Under the pieces are notes generated by a model, which ran no database searches, was not told where the DNA came from, and worked only from the letters and a program-made list of their open reading frames with translations. Both the position numbers and the translations under genes were made by a program. A stretch of DNA of 62,981 nucleotides, counting the filler, from Hyphochytrium catenoides (Eukaryota > Protista > Hyphochytriomycota): NCBI GenBank assembly GCA_900088475.1. It is 4 parts of 4 records of this genome, joined end to end, with 100 filler letters (N's around TTAATTAATTAA, not from the genome) between each part and the next. Parts side by side here need not be neighbours in the genome. Positions count along the whole stretch, not along the records: positions 1 to 22,792 come from FLMG01003070.1; 3 more parts are not named here. The stretch is one strand, 5' to 3'. This document shows, one piece after another, positions 1 through 12,973 of the stretch. Each line of letters begins with the position of its first letter. The stretch's first letter is position 1.

Positions 1-477
1 TTCAGAGCACACCCAGGGTTCTCGAGTGTTTGTTCCCTCTGCATTAGTTTAAAGAGGTTATTGATGACGGTCAGGCTTACGAATAACTAACGCCAGTCAG
101 GTCGTTCATCAGGCACTAGGAAACTTTGTCGTACATATACATAGAACTACTAGGTCTCGGTTGCTGTTCTCCTCTTCGCTACGGTGCCTTACTTCGTCAA
201 GGTAGGTTCAGAGAGCTCAGAAGGACAGTGCCGTATGCCCAGAGAAGGGTGCATGGACAACAGGAGAGACATAGGACGAAGATGTAAGACCTCCACGCAC
301 TCGATATGTCAATTTTATTGATAAGAATACATAAGAAAATAAATATAAAAATAGACGGACGATTGCTTTGTGGACAAGAACAACAACCCCCATAGCCGCC
401 CCCGAAATAAATAAAGCTGCACCAGACGCCTGTCCTGAAGCTCGTGAGCAAACCACTTTGTGAAGGAGTTGGAGCTT

Positions 478-3400
478 CTAGAGCGTACAGAGAACATTCT
501 TGAGATCGTCTCTCTTAATGGGCTTGGTAACGACCGCATTCATGCCGCTGTCGCGACAAAGTTTATCGTCTCCAGGCATCAGATTGGCTGTGATCGCAAT
601 GATTGGCATCACTTTGCCTAGTCGTCGAATGGTTTTTGTGGCTTCCAGACCGTCACACCCTGGCTGTAAACGCAGTTATAGAGATTAGCTTCCTTCACTT
701 TCCAGAGCCAGTAAGATTCCACAGAGTCATCCTACCATCATCCAGTCCATTAAGACGACATCATAGTCATGGTTACATACTGCTTCAATCGCTTCGAGGC
801 CATTTTCTACTATGGTGACCTTGTGGCCTAGTTGTAGAAGGAGAGAACTGCAGCAATTCATCAGCGTCTTACATAGAAGGAGAAAAAAAAACACAGGAAA
901 GTAGTATATATCTAACCGTATAACAGCCTGGTTGATCTTGTTATCCTCAGCCATCAGCACATCCAGTGTCCGATTTGGCGCCGCCCTTCTATTCTCCTCT
1001 GTGCCACAATGGTTGAGATTGGCTTTTGCCGAGGGCTGCTCTGGGATTCCAGTACGGTCGAGGGCTTGCAGCTCTAGTCTGACCTTGAAGGTCGTGCCTA
1101 CAGACTAACCTGTGAATAAAGGCTGGCCATGGACGTGATCATTTATTGATAGGATACCTTTTCCCACTCTTGTTTCCACCGAAATAGAACCGCCTAACAA
1201 GTCAAGGAGGCGCCGAGTAATTGCTAAGCCCAAGCCGCTGGCGAGAGAGAACGAATTAGCCTCACCGGTCCGTTATGCGAGAAGGAATGGGAGACAGCTA
1301 ATCCCACCTTCCATCAAACCTTCGACTCATGGAACTATCAGCTTGAGTAAAGTGATTGAACAGTTGCGGTAAGAATTCCTCGGGAATGCCTGTGCCCCCA
1401 GACATTATAAAGGACCCACATAAGACAGGTAATACGAGCAAACCAACTTATGCGGTTTTACCTGTGCCTGTGTCCTCGATTGCAATACTGACAGACCTCT
1501 TTCCCACATCTTGACTAGCGCAAACGTTCACTTGGATCACTACGCCGCCTTCCTCCGTAAATTTGACCGCATTGCCCAGAAGATTAAGCAATACTTGTCG
1601 GATCTGCAATGATTTGCATAACAGAAAAATCAGTTATGTCGCGAGGCAATTCAATCGGGGAAACACTGACGAGTCCCTACCCTGGTGTCATCTGCCATAT
1701 ACATTGTATCTTTTGGTCCGTGCCATATTGTCGTCAGCTTTAAACCTTTCTTCGTCGCCAGAGGTCTCACGATGCTAACGCTGTCATCAATAGCTTTTCC
1801 AAGATCCATAGCGGTCGGTGATATTGTCATCTTCCCGGCTTCAAGCTTGCTAAGATCTAATATGTTATTGACGATGTCCTGAAAATCCACGCGTGAGAAG
1901 TTTTCTCCTGACGTCTGATGCCTTAAGTCCCTCTTTCACCTTTATTGAGATGGACATCAGAAGCCCTACCCTATACACAGGCTCAAGACTTCCAAACATA
2001 CTTTACACGGCGCAGTTCTTTTTCCTCTTACCTGCATCAACTGGGTGGACTCTCGCATAATTTGGAGGAACTCACTTGTGTGTGGACTATGTTGCTCTTG
2101 TTCAATAATCTCCAGGGAGCCAATGATCCCCTAGTTTGAACAGGTAGAGTAATCAATACGACACTACCTTATAGACCTTTTGGTTCCTTTTTGCTCCCAG
2201 CTTACAGTGAGGGGTGTTCGGAGTTCATGACTCATAGCCGCAAGGAACTGCGCTTTAACTGTCAGCAATCTTTCGGCTTCGGCTCTCGCCTGGATCTGCT
2301 GTTCTTCCAGTTGTTTCTGCTTTGTGATGTCGCGGACAATCACAAGCAGCACGTCCTTGCTGTTATACGTCCTTTTCAGCCGGGACACGGATACTTCGCA
2401 CTTAATTGGGTCTTTTTGAGATCCTCGACCATTGATCAGACTCCATTCATAGCGGCAATTAACTTCAAGGGAACATCAAAAGGAGTGCATGGACATATAT
2501 TGGTAAGTCAAAGATGCTAGTAGCGACCAAGGAGGCGGTACAAATCCTACCGGATTCCATTCCGGCTACCAGCTCCTCCGCACAGGACTCCAAAGAGCCG
2601 CTTTCCACTACACAGCAGTCTACTTAGTCTCGGAAAGACAAAGCGGAATATGGAGTAAGCTAACCTCACCCGGCAGACACTGGAGACTGCTTGGATGCGA
2701 TAAACTGCTCCAAGTCATTCCGATCAAGTCAGAAGATTTCTCAAATCCTAGTAGTGCTTGGGCGGATGCGTTGGCATCAAGAACCTTAAGCCGAGTGTCA
2801 ACCAGCATTATCGCGTCGGTAGCATCCTTCGCAAGAGCAAATTGAATCCAACAGCACCTTGCCAAGTAAGAAGGGCTAAGATTACCTCATACAGTAAACG
2901 GAAGTTCTGTTCACTGTGGTGCAGGGTCTCTCGCAGCTTTGATGCGCCCCGCTGTGCCTCTACCCGGTCATCAATATCGACTGCCTGGAGAAGGAAGGCT
3001 ACTTTCCCAGTGCACGGATCGAGACACCTCCTGACCGCAACGCTGTGCCAATGGGGCTCGGTCCCGCATACCATGCGGTACTCGCCCTCGAAAATCACAC
3101 CATCTAATCTATGCGGAGAGTCGCTCCTATTTGTCTTCTGGGCCTGAACGTTGACGATCCAATCCGGTGAGTCACCGGCACAGCAGCTAACAGGCAAGCT
3201 TTCGACACGTTTACCTTGGCCTCTTCCCTTTTTTGCCCGGCGCCCACTGACCCCTGCGTTTTCAGTTCTTCGGGTTCAAGTTCACCGTCTTTGGTCACTG
3301 TTTGATTTACCTTCCCCGCTAGAAAGTCGACTTAGTCAGTCGACTGAGTATCTACGATCCTCTCACCACGTCTGAATGACGACTTACCGCTGGGTGGCAG

Positions 3401-4442
3401 GTTGGACGTTAATGCCGACGCCTCAGATACTTGGCTTTGAAACCTCTGCACAACGTCCTCTTCCGTAAAATACGCGGGAGTTAGCTTGTTATTGGTAAAC
3501 GCACGCTCGGCAGCAGGGTTTATCATCAGGGTATCGAACTGGTCATTGAACATAACAATCTTGACCTGCATCAGCAGATGAGTACTTGAAGGACAAATGG
3601 CGACCTTTACACAACCAAAAGCCACCTGAGTGTGCCGGAGAGCCTCAACACCTCGGAGCATAAATGGATCTGTCAGGCCGGGGTCAGGGCTCTGGCCAAA
3701 GAGGAGGAGAGCGATATTTCCATTTTTTTTCAATAATGGAACAATGGTGACAATGACCTGCACCGCTGATGCGAGAGAAAGGCAGATGCTGTCAGTCTAA
3801 AGGGGTTGAAGAGACTGCCTTATCGACGATGAGACCTACCGACACCACGTGGATACAAAGTCCAATGTTCAACGACAAACTCTCCCCCTTTTACACGGCG
3901 GGCAAGTTGATCCTGTCGAGCTTTGGCCGTATCGCTATCAGCAGAGAAATCCCTGGAAGTGAACTCTTCGAGTGACGGCGACTTCCAAAATTCAAGACCT
4001 ACAGCCATGAAGATATTTTACTCCACCTCTATCAGCTTGTAAAGATGCCAACACAGGCCCTAGCAAATCAGAATAAGGACTACTGACCCCTTGCGTTGGA
4101 CCATAACATCTTCCTCTCATCACAGCAGTAGGCCCACATGGGCGCTGGGATCCACTCAAACATCGACAGCTGGTCTTCATGAATAGGAGCGATGGGTGCC
4201 CTCATGTCGGGCATGACACTCCAAGCCTTGCACCTACCGCAGTGCCCCTCGGTCTCAGTTGAAAATCCCCTCTTCACAGCTGCCGTAGGGGCGGTCCTGG
4301 TACGGTGCCCGGACTCCTACTGCTCCGCGAACACCTCCACTTTCATTGTTTTGGGCTCTGCAAGGGCGGGTGCTGCCGTGGAGATGTCTAGAGCCTGATC
4401 CCTGTCCCCATGCTTCAGCAGTCGGAGGCCGAGGAACCGCAT
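478..4442 (-). CDS. Hybrid sensor histidine kinase (multiple PAS-like domains - HisKA - HATPase_c - receiver), multi-exon
   Basis: Spliced exons give the H-box QFLAAMSHELRTPLT, N-box IRQVLLNLLGNAVKFT, G1/F/G2 boxes IEDTGTGIP..LFNHFTQADSSMSRRFDGSGLGLAI, and receiver VLMAEDNKINQ...VVLMDWMMPGCDGLEAT...IIAITAN...VVTKP. PAS segments include DATDAIMLVDTRLKVLDANASAQALLG. Stop TAG at 478-480; ATG at 4442 is inferred from a plausible first exon. Confidence 0.93.
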
Positions 4443-5796
4443 AAGATCAAAACCCTTCTCTGGGGTTAGATAGCAATGCGTTGCAACGCTGGACTGCCTT
4501 TGCTTCCGACTACCCCCTCACCCCAATTGCTCTGATGCTCAAAAGACCGTTGCGCTCATACCAAGCGTTAGTGCTTAGTCACTTAGGGTCTTCTGGTCTT
4601 CGTTACCAGCTTTCCTCCGTGCTCCTATATAGATAGCTCCCCGAGGTGAGATTGACAGGATGAAAGTGATTAGAAGAAGACGTGGCGCAGTTCACTGCTG
4701 CTGCAAGAGACTGGGGCCTTGTTGCTTGCTGGCTGGTGGCGCTTCTATCCCACCCAACCTTGAGTGCGATCTGCTTCAAGTTACACGGCCCTTGATGACC
4801 TGTCTGTTCGGTGATGGTTGCTGTTTATCTTCAGAACCCTAGAAAGCGCTTGCTTGCCTTTGTAAACGGCATCTCTGTAGTACGTGTACATGGTCCACAC
4901 TGCTGTTCTGAGAACTGGTAATAAGCGGGTTATAAATGGTCAAGGCCTATTATTCCTTGTACAGACATTATTTTGTCTCAGGTACCTTGTACGAGTACCG
5001 TAGTGACAGAGGACTTTTAGGGCTTCCGTAACGTTCAGAACAAAGGCTCTTAAAAAAGAATGTACTTGTACAGCTATTATGGCTCCAAGCATGACGAAGT
5101 TCACGGTCATCTCCATCACTGCTGCGATGTCACGCAGACATTAGGCTATTTTTCATCAAAGACTTCTCTGCCCGGGCATACAGTAGTAGTTACTTGGAAT
5201 CCTATGAACAGGAATAATTGAATATGGAATCGCAGCTCTCCCAACAGTGGTCATGCTCTTGAGTTAAATATAGTGCGCACCCTCATCCATGGCTGATGGC
5301 GGCAGCTTAGTGAGCACGGCCAAGAAGGATGGACGTATCCTCTTAAATGTCACTACGAGAGCATCTGACAGTAACCTGGTCAATATCGTGGAAGACTTAC
5401 CAGTACTTAGTGTTCCCTATCCCATTGTCATTAGTTCAGCCGTATCTAGACCTAATGTCATTGTGTCTCAAGCATTAATTGGGATAAGCGTGAGAAGAAA
5501 GTTCTTGTGGCATTAGTAAGGGGAACCCATCATACAACTTCCTACTAAAACACCTTTCACGCTTGATTATTGGTGTATTTGGTATCATAGGGCAAGATAT
5601 GGGCGGAGCATATTAGTGTGGAGGACCTTGCGCTTCTGCACTTTCCGTTCCAAAGCCCTCGCCAGCCCAAAGGGCAATATGGCGTTGATACACAGTGCTA
5701 TGATAGGAAAAAAGCTTCTACTGAGAGGGAAGATATTCAAGGAAAGACACTGTAATCAGAGCTGCTGCCCGCGCGGGTCATGATAACGTCTCAAAT

Positions 5797-7896
5797 TTAT
5801 CGAACAAACTCCCAGTTGTGAACCATCATCTTGGAGATGGTTGCCAAAGCCTGCTTCTGAATGCCAGGATCCTGGTCTGCCAGGAGAGCCATCACAAGGT
5901 CGCGGGCACCCAACGTCTTTGCAATGCTATAAGGCGCGGAGAATCAGTCGATGTAAGCAACAAGATCCCTTACTATGAAGAATCTTACCTCCGCCCGTTC
6001 GGGTAGAAACGAACAAATTCCCCAATGTCGTAGAGGGCCACTTGAACTGTGAGCGGGTTGTCCGACTTCAAGTGGTTGATAAGGATCCTAGTGCCAGAAA
6101 GATGAGCCTATAGTAGACGAATGGCAGATTGGTTTGTTCGGCCTACTTTATCAGTTCAAAGTCCCTCTTCTCAAACTCCATCACGTTCTCTCGCCAGAAT
6201 TTCTCTGTGTGCAGCAAACTCCATTCAAGTTTTCCGGACATAACTTCTTTCGCGTACCGCTCTACTGAGCTGCTCGGACAAAATGTTGCGTTAGTTGGTG
6301 CAAACAGAATCTGAGGTCCATAAGGGCCGCTACCTTAGTTCCTTGTAGTCACGATGTAAGCGCTGACTAATGAGTTCCATGTCGTCGGCAATGTCTGAGT
6401 CAGCCCACTTCTTGTCTTTCAGCCGCCCCAGCGTTTTGAGCAGCGCAGCATCGATCATAGCTTGGTTGTAATTCATCTTGCCGGTGAGATTCTAGGAGGA
6501 ATGAGCGATACAGCTCAGCGCACATATTAGGAAGGCCTCTTACCCGCAGAGCAGCTATTGCCACACGAACAACCTTCTCCCGTGGAGCAGCCGCCACCTG
6601 CTCCGTATATTGATGAGTTGGTGTGTAGTGTGTAGATGAGGAAACGCTTACTCACTTGATTGCACAAAGTTCTGATCGCATCGACTTTGTCGAAATGGGG
6701 GATTGCCTCTTCACAGAAGGTCAGAGTCCACAGGCAAAAGCACAGCTAATATGAGATCAAGCAGGAGTCAGTTACAAGAAGCGCATGACCAAACCCCTCG
6801 GACGCTACCGACCTCGTACAGCAGCTGGGTTCGGCCTTCGCTGTATTTTATCAGATCGGACACTCTGCAGAAATGGTAAGCTCAGAGCTTGTCATGTGAC
6901 AGATTTGAACGATAATAGCTTACAGTTTGATACCATTCGCCTTTACGAACAGCAACCGGGCTTCGTCCAGTCTTAGTAATATCATAAGGGCCGTCACGGC
7001 CGCTCTGGCTGATCCAGCAGTTGCCGGTTCATTTAAAACCGAGGCAATTCCTCTGCCAAGGTCCAAGGACGAGACTACCCAATCCAACAGGGCTTCAATG
7101 TCCTGATTCTGTGGCTTCACACTAGAGAGACCCAATCGATTATCCGATAGTTCCAGCGATCCACCCCAAGATAATAAGGCGCCCATACCTTAATAAGGTT
7201 GCAAGGTTGGTGGCCGCGGCATGTTGTGCATATCCCTGACCAGACCGTACAAGCCTCAGGAAAGGTCCAGAGTCAATAACCCCATTTTCCATGAATAGTT
7301 GCACTCTTTCTCGCAGTTTGGCTGGCTCTGCAAGGATTGATTAGAAGGGCTGCCGTCCCGTACATCTGCGACTTAGAGTACCTGAAAGAAGCTCCTCAAT
7401 ACGCGCCAGTGCATACCGCACCACAGTCGGCTCCGTGATCTTTCGAAGAAGGTTGACAAGACCAAGACAGAACTGCTTTCCATGGTCTGACGGAGCCCAG
7501 CTTCAGACATGAACCCTCACCATTGTCTTACCCCACTTACCTTTCATAAAAGATAGTATAAACTTATCCTGCAAGGTGATGAGTAAGCCCAACGTTTGAA
7601 AGATAACAGCAACTAAGGCTCTTACATTGCCCCCGTCCAGTACTGCTTCTCCGTCCCGGAATACCTCTACGTCCGCTTGTTTCAGGTTGAAGGCGGCAGT
7701 TCTGTAGCAGATACTAAGCAAAATGGGCTTTATCTAATGACCGGCAGCGCACATTAGCCTACCTTGTGTACTCAGACCAATTAATCTCCTTGAACTTCGC
7801 AATTGCATTCTCCCTGGCCGCCGCGACGTCTCCTAGGCCCGTGTAGGACAGATTAGACGCCACTCCGGCCGCACTAGATTCATCCTCCTGTTTCAT
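5797..7896 (-). CDS. ATP6V1H: V-type proton ATPase subunit H, multi-exon
   Basis: Exons give APREKVVRVAIAALR, KWADSDIADDM, LEWSLLHTEKFWRENVMEFE, ALYDIGEFVRFYPNGR and terminal LATISKMMVHNWEFVR*, all characteristic of subunit H. ATG 7896, TAA 5797-5799. Confidence 0.93.
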
Positions 7897-8099
7897 GCTG
7901 TAGGAATCAATGTGTCCTCGGACACGTCAAAGTTTGGGCTGTGCTGCTAGTGGTGTAGACGTCCTTCAGTAGCTTAATCGAGAGTAATGGGAAGAACACT
8001 ATGTCCGCAACCTATGAATGCTCTATTGACATCTTTCCACTGTCTGCATCCTAGCAAACCCACCTGTCAGCAGTCTTCAGTTGAAAGAGTTGTCTGAGA

Positions 8100-11000
8100 G
8101 TTGAGAGGAAAGACAGCAACAAGGATCCTCGACCACGCAGACCTACCCCTGGATTGCGAGACATTGCCCAAGGTCCGTGATAGAAGCCCCATAAATTCGA
8201 TATATGTTACGTTGAAGTTCTCAAGATAAAGGATAAGACGCAAGGTCTCAGAGACAATCCCCAGGAGGGTTGCAGAAACTTGTCGTGTATGAGTACCTGC
8301 TGTAGACCCAATAAAATAATGTCTCTTCGTAATCTTCAATCACCGGTGAGTAATGAGAACAATCTGGAGTTCGAGGTTCTCCGATGATGGAGGCATCTCA
8401 CATCTCACACCCGCAGACCACCTCCCGGACCCGGAAAAAAAGAAGACCACCATCTCACATAACCAGCCAGCCCCGTTACGAGCCAGATGGTTTATGTCTT
8501 CGACTTGGTAGCATGAACACAGGGTAGCTAACCCAGCCAAGCCCTATTAACTAAAGGCAGAACTGACCCACGATCAGCCATGTCAATCCCGTCAAACGAG
8601 GAAGAGGCAGAGCCTACTTCGTGGTGCTGCTCCTGTATAAATCCTACTAAAAGCATCCCAACAAGGGGCGAACGCTTACGCAACTTACTGCAGGAGCGAT
8701 GGATCCAGATAACGGGAGCTGGACCAGAGCATGTGCGAACACTCCCAACTCCATAGTAGCTAATCAAGGATGGCTCATAAATCAATTTCCTTCACAGGTT
8801 AAAGAAAACAGAGACTTCTTTGACATTCTAGTCCAGCTTTGGGCCAACAAGGATGTCACCAAGGACATGTTTGATTTTTTTGAATGGAATGCTCAAGAGG
8901 TCTCCTAGTTATGGCAGGCAACTGAAGATCTTCGCTGACAATACGTAAATTTCTAGGTCACATTTTACATTCCGCAGCTGGCAACCCTTCTAATTCATGG
9001 TGGTCATACAAAGTCATATCAGTTGGAAAGCTTTTTGCTGGATAAAAGTAGGTACGGGCTACCACTCCCTTAGAAACAGAAGATTGCTTCATGACTGCAC
9101 GGACTTTCTTTATTAGTGAGTGCCTCCAATTTTGTCATAAGCTCTATTGGTTCCTGAAGTGCTTCCAAGCGGGCGGCAAACAATATCATTCTGAAGCTCT
9201 AAGGTAAGGCACTTCTACTCTTATTGATTTGGGCTGAGGACGACCTGGCGATCAATGGATTAGCGCGACAACAACGGAAGGAACCGATGATCTGCAGTTG
9301 ATGCACGCCGTGGAAACTCAAGGGGGCATATCTGCAAAGGGTATGGACCTTGGGAGAGCTTTTGGTGAAGACCACACGAAGTTGCCACCGGTACTGCATG
9401 TTTATGGGATGTCGTAACGCTTGAGACCAACTTAAGAAGACTGCGCCCAGGAACGCCTCCCAGCTAATCACATTGGAGAGCTTACTGTCCGGCAGTTGGA
9501 ACAGGCGCGGCCGTGTACTGAGGTGAAAGCCTCAGTCGGTACTGAAGCTCACTTTCTAGTAGGCAATGACGAGCGGCATGAACTGGTAATACTACATGCT
9601 TCCTTTGCTTCTCCATGTTGTTGCGGGACCCAAAAGTTCAGAGGTGCCTGCCATCTACATAGTTTAAGCAGACCCCAAGCTTCTTAGAGGAACTCATCCG
9701 CCTCGCTGATAAACTGATAGTACTGCCCCTTGAAGAAAGGGCCGCAGCGCTAAGGAATGGTCTTCAAGCGGTAAAAGGGTTTACTCTCTGATATTATGAC
9801 CAAAAACACTTTACCAATTAGATATCTACCGCTCTATAAGATTGAGGCACTGTACTTGGCATCCAATGTGGTGTACGTTCCGGTGGGCAACACTTTCCAC
9901 AGGGTTGTTAAGATCCACCACGAGGAGTCCTTCCCTTTCTCTACGAAGGTAAGACCTACTGCAACACGTAGAGTACTCGGTTGATCTGTAACTAGTTAAG
10001 CCACGCTCGCGGTATTACTCTCCAGGAACGGGTTCCATACTTGCTGACATTTGAGGTCATAGACTATGCTTATACTCCGAACTATATTTGCAGACTCCTT
10101 CAGGTAATCCTCCTCCGTCAAAACAAATCGATCAAGATTCTATAATGACTTTGTCCGGGATTAGGATAGGCGTAAGCCAGCGAAGCCGCCGCCTATGAAG
10201 ACTTTCTTTACTATCCCGCTACCTTTCAACAAGGAGTTCACCTTGGATGTAGAGACCTCCTCCCCGCACGAAGAGGTTGCCGTCGATGAGGAGAAAGTGA
10301 TGAATATCTTGGAAGGGAAAGGCCCATCTACCGAACTAAGTCACCTATCTCAAGATCGCGGTGCGATAGTATTAGGTTTGAGACTCTTTTAATGGCCTTT
10401 CCTTGATTGCGTGGGTTGCTAATGACGACCTATTAGGAGGCCTAGTTTCGCCTGTTCCTCCCAGTCTCGTTAGTTGCCAACATCGTCATACCGACTTAGG
10501 ACAGTCTGTCCATCCAAGAGAGGGAAAGCAAAGTATCCTGATAGCACCATTCCGGAAAGCAGTCAGCTTGAACCTGATTCATCTTTCAGGGTAAGCTCTG
10601 TACATTCCCGTAAGGTGGTTCTTGCTGAAAAGTCCGTACTCCAGAAGCGATCTGGTTCATCAGGAAGCGAAGGAGAAAACGTGTCAGGTAGATGTCCCTT
10701 GTAGCCTCACTTGACGCCTGCTTACTCGTGGTACATGTCTGTGTTCCGCGGTGTCAGCGAGCTCTTCCTGCACAACTCGAAGAGAGTGCCAGAGAGGACA
10801 ACTCACGAACTAGTGCAAAAGGTGCAGCTTTGGGCCAGTGGGCAATGTAAGCCTTTCAGGCATGTACCCTTGATTCAAAGGCATAACTCTTCTCTGCAAC
10901 CGACTGTGATACCCTTAGACGTTCAAGAAGTAACACCTGGGATGGCACAACAGTTGCGCAAGCTCATGGTGGTGAACCTTCTTCGTGTGGGCCTTCTAAC

Positions 11001-12430
11001 AGTAGGCCAGATCATTGCGAAGGTGGTAACGACATTGCTGGTGGCCCTCATTCTTCGGTAGGGCAATCCGCAAGCCCAAATATTGTATCATGGCTTTCTA
11101 ACATCTCCATGCGTGGCTTCCAGGACGACATCGAAGGCCAGACAGGGGCCAATTGTCGTTCTCATTCCCATGTGAAGCCTCCTATAATATTCAAGGAGCG
11201 GTGGGCAGAGAAGGAGGAAAGAATCCGAATCTCATCAACATTCGGCAAGTTACCTGGTTGGAGATTGTTTGCAGTTATAATCAAGAGTAATGATGACCTT
11301 CGACAGGTGTTCGCAGTTGATTAGATCAAAGCACAGGAAAGTCATTGATTGGCTTACTTTTATATAGGAACAAATCGCGTCACAGCTTGTGGCACAGTTC
11401 AAGTGTATTTTCGAAAAAGCGAAAGTTCCGGTCTACATAAGGTGAGCTTGGTTTTTCATTACCGATGCTCGATACTACTAAGATGCCATTTCTAGGGCCT
11501 ACGATGTCCTGGCAATCTCTCCTCGAGGTGGCATCGTAGAGGGCATTCATGACTCCATCTCCTTAGATGCGCTTAAGAGGAACTACCCCAACTATACCAC
11601 CCTGAAGTAAGGGTCTTATCAGACAAAAAAGCCTCTTAGTGGCACTTATTTCTGAATGTATAGGAACTTCTGGATTGACCAATTTGGAGATGAGAGCTCC
11701 CAGACCTACAAAAGAGCTCTGGACAATTTTGTAGGCTCTCTGGCCGGATATTCTATCGTGTGCTACCTTCTTCGTATCAAGGATCGGCATAACGGGAACA
11801 TAATGTAGGATCCTGACCCTGACCAGTAGCGATCTCGTTGTTAATGTGAAGAAAACTAACCGGACGTTTTGCTATTGCTCCCACAGGTTGGAGAGTGATG
11901 GTCATATAGTTCATATTGACTTTGGATTCCTTCTCTCTAATACTCCAGGTAAGGATGGCCCTTTCGTCAAGTGAATAACCTCCACTTATGCTATCGCTTT
12001 CAGGAAATAATATAAACTTCGAGCGAGCACCCTTCAAACTGACGGAAGAGTTCGTGGAACTCATGGGTGGACCACGTTCTTTTACTTTTATGAGGTTCCG
12101 TCAGCTCTGCATAAGAGCTTATCTGGCTGCCCGGAAGGACATGGAGAGAATTGTCCTGTTACTGGAGATGATGGCGATAGGTGGGTAGCAGTCTGGTCGC
12201 TCACACCGTCGAATTATATATCAGCCCGATTATCATTAGGAAATGAAGACCTTCCATGCTTACAAGCAGGTCCTGACAATGTGCTAGCAGCACTTCGAGA
12301 ACGATTCCATCCTGGCTGGAAAACAGGGGCCTGTGCAGACTTTGTTCATAGTCTTATTGACCAATCCCTGGACAACTGGACAACCCGATGGTACGATAAG
12401 TATCAGAGGTACTGCACAGGCATCTACTAG
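8100..12430 (+). CDS. Phosphatidylinositol 4-kinase (type III beta/Pik1-like), multi-exon; 5' end uncertain
   Basis: Helical-domain motif [10 protein letters not shown], then [15 protein letters not shown], and catalytic motifs [39 protein letters not shown], ending [19 protein letters not shown] (TAG 12428-12430). Coding is confident from about 8700; the start was not resolved. Confidence 0.9.
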
Positions 12431-12973
12431 GACAGACTTGAAGCTCAAGCTTGTGTACCCGCGTTGAGATACTAAGGGCTGTGGCCAAGACAGAGAAAAG
12501 TGATACATTGAAAGCTAGCTTTCGAACGAACTATGATCACTTTTGTACGAGCTGTAATAAGTGTATGCAAGGCAACTGTGAGGCCTTTTATAATGAATGA
12601 GACCACAGAAAAGTCGTTACAGTTTGATGGGCAGTAACTAACCATCAACACCAAATGATGATTTCCAATGATGAGTTCTGCTTCCTTTATAATGCTGTTA
12701 TTATCGTTGCTGTTGTAGAGTTCATAGGAAGCAGGAGGATATTTGGGACGTGCCCGCGCTTTGATGGTGATGACGGTTCGCTTGCCTGCATTCTCTATTT
12801 TTTAGTCTACCATTTCTCCTTGGCCCCACCGCCGCATGTGACTGTCTTCCAGGCAGCTACAGGCCTAGCTATGTGGGAATAGACTCCGAGGTTAGGTGGA
12901 CAGCCCTGGAAGGAAGACACATTCAGACAAATTATCCAGCCGCTCTCAGAACTCAAAGCGGGTGTCAAATGCA

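Noticed and set aside
5289-5516. 75-aa ORF between the kinase and V-ATPase H
   Set aside because: No recognisable motif or convincing exon structure.
12650-12720. RTGATGA box C-like motifs suggesting a C/D snoRNA
   Set aside because: No suitably placed CTGA box D or terminal stem. No tRNA or rRNA was recognised anywhere in the window.
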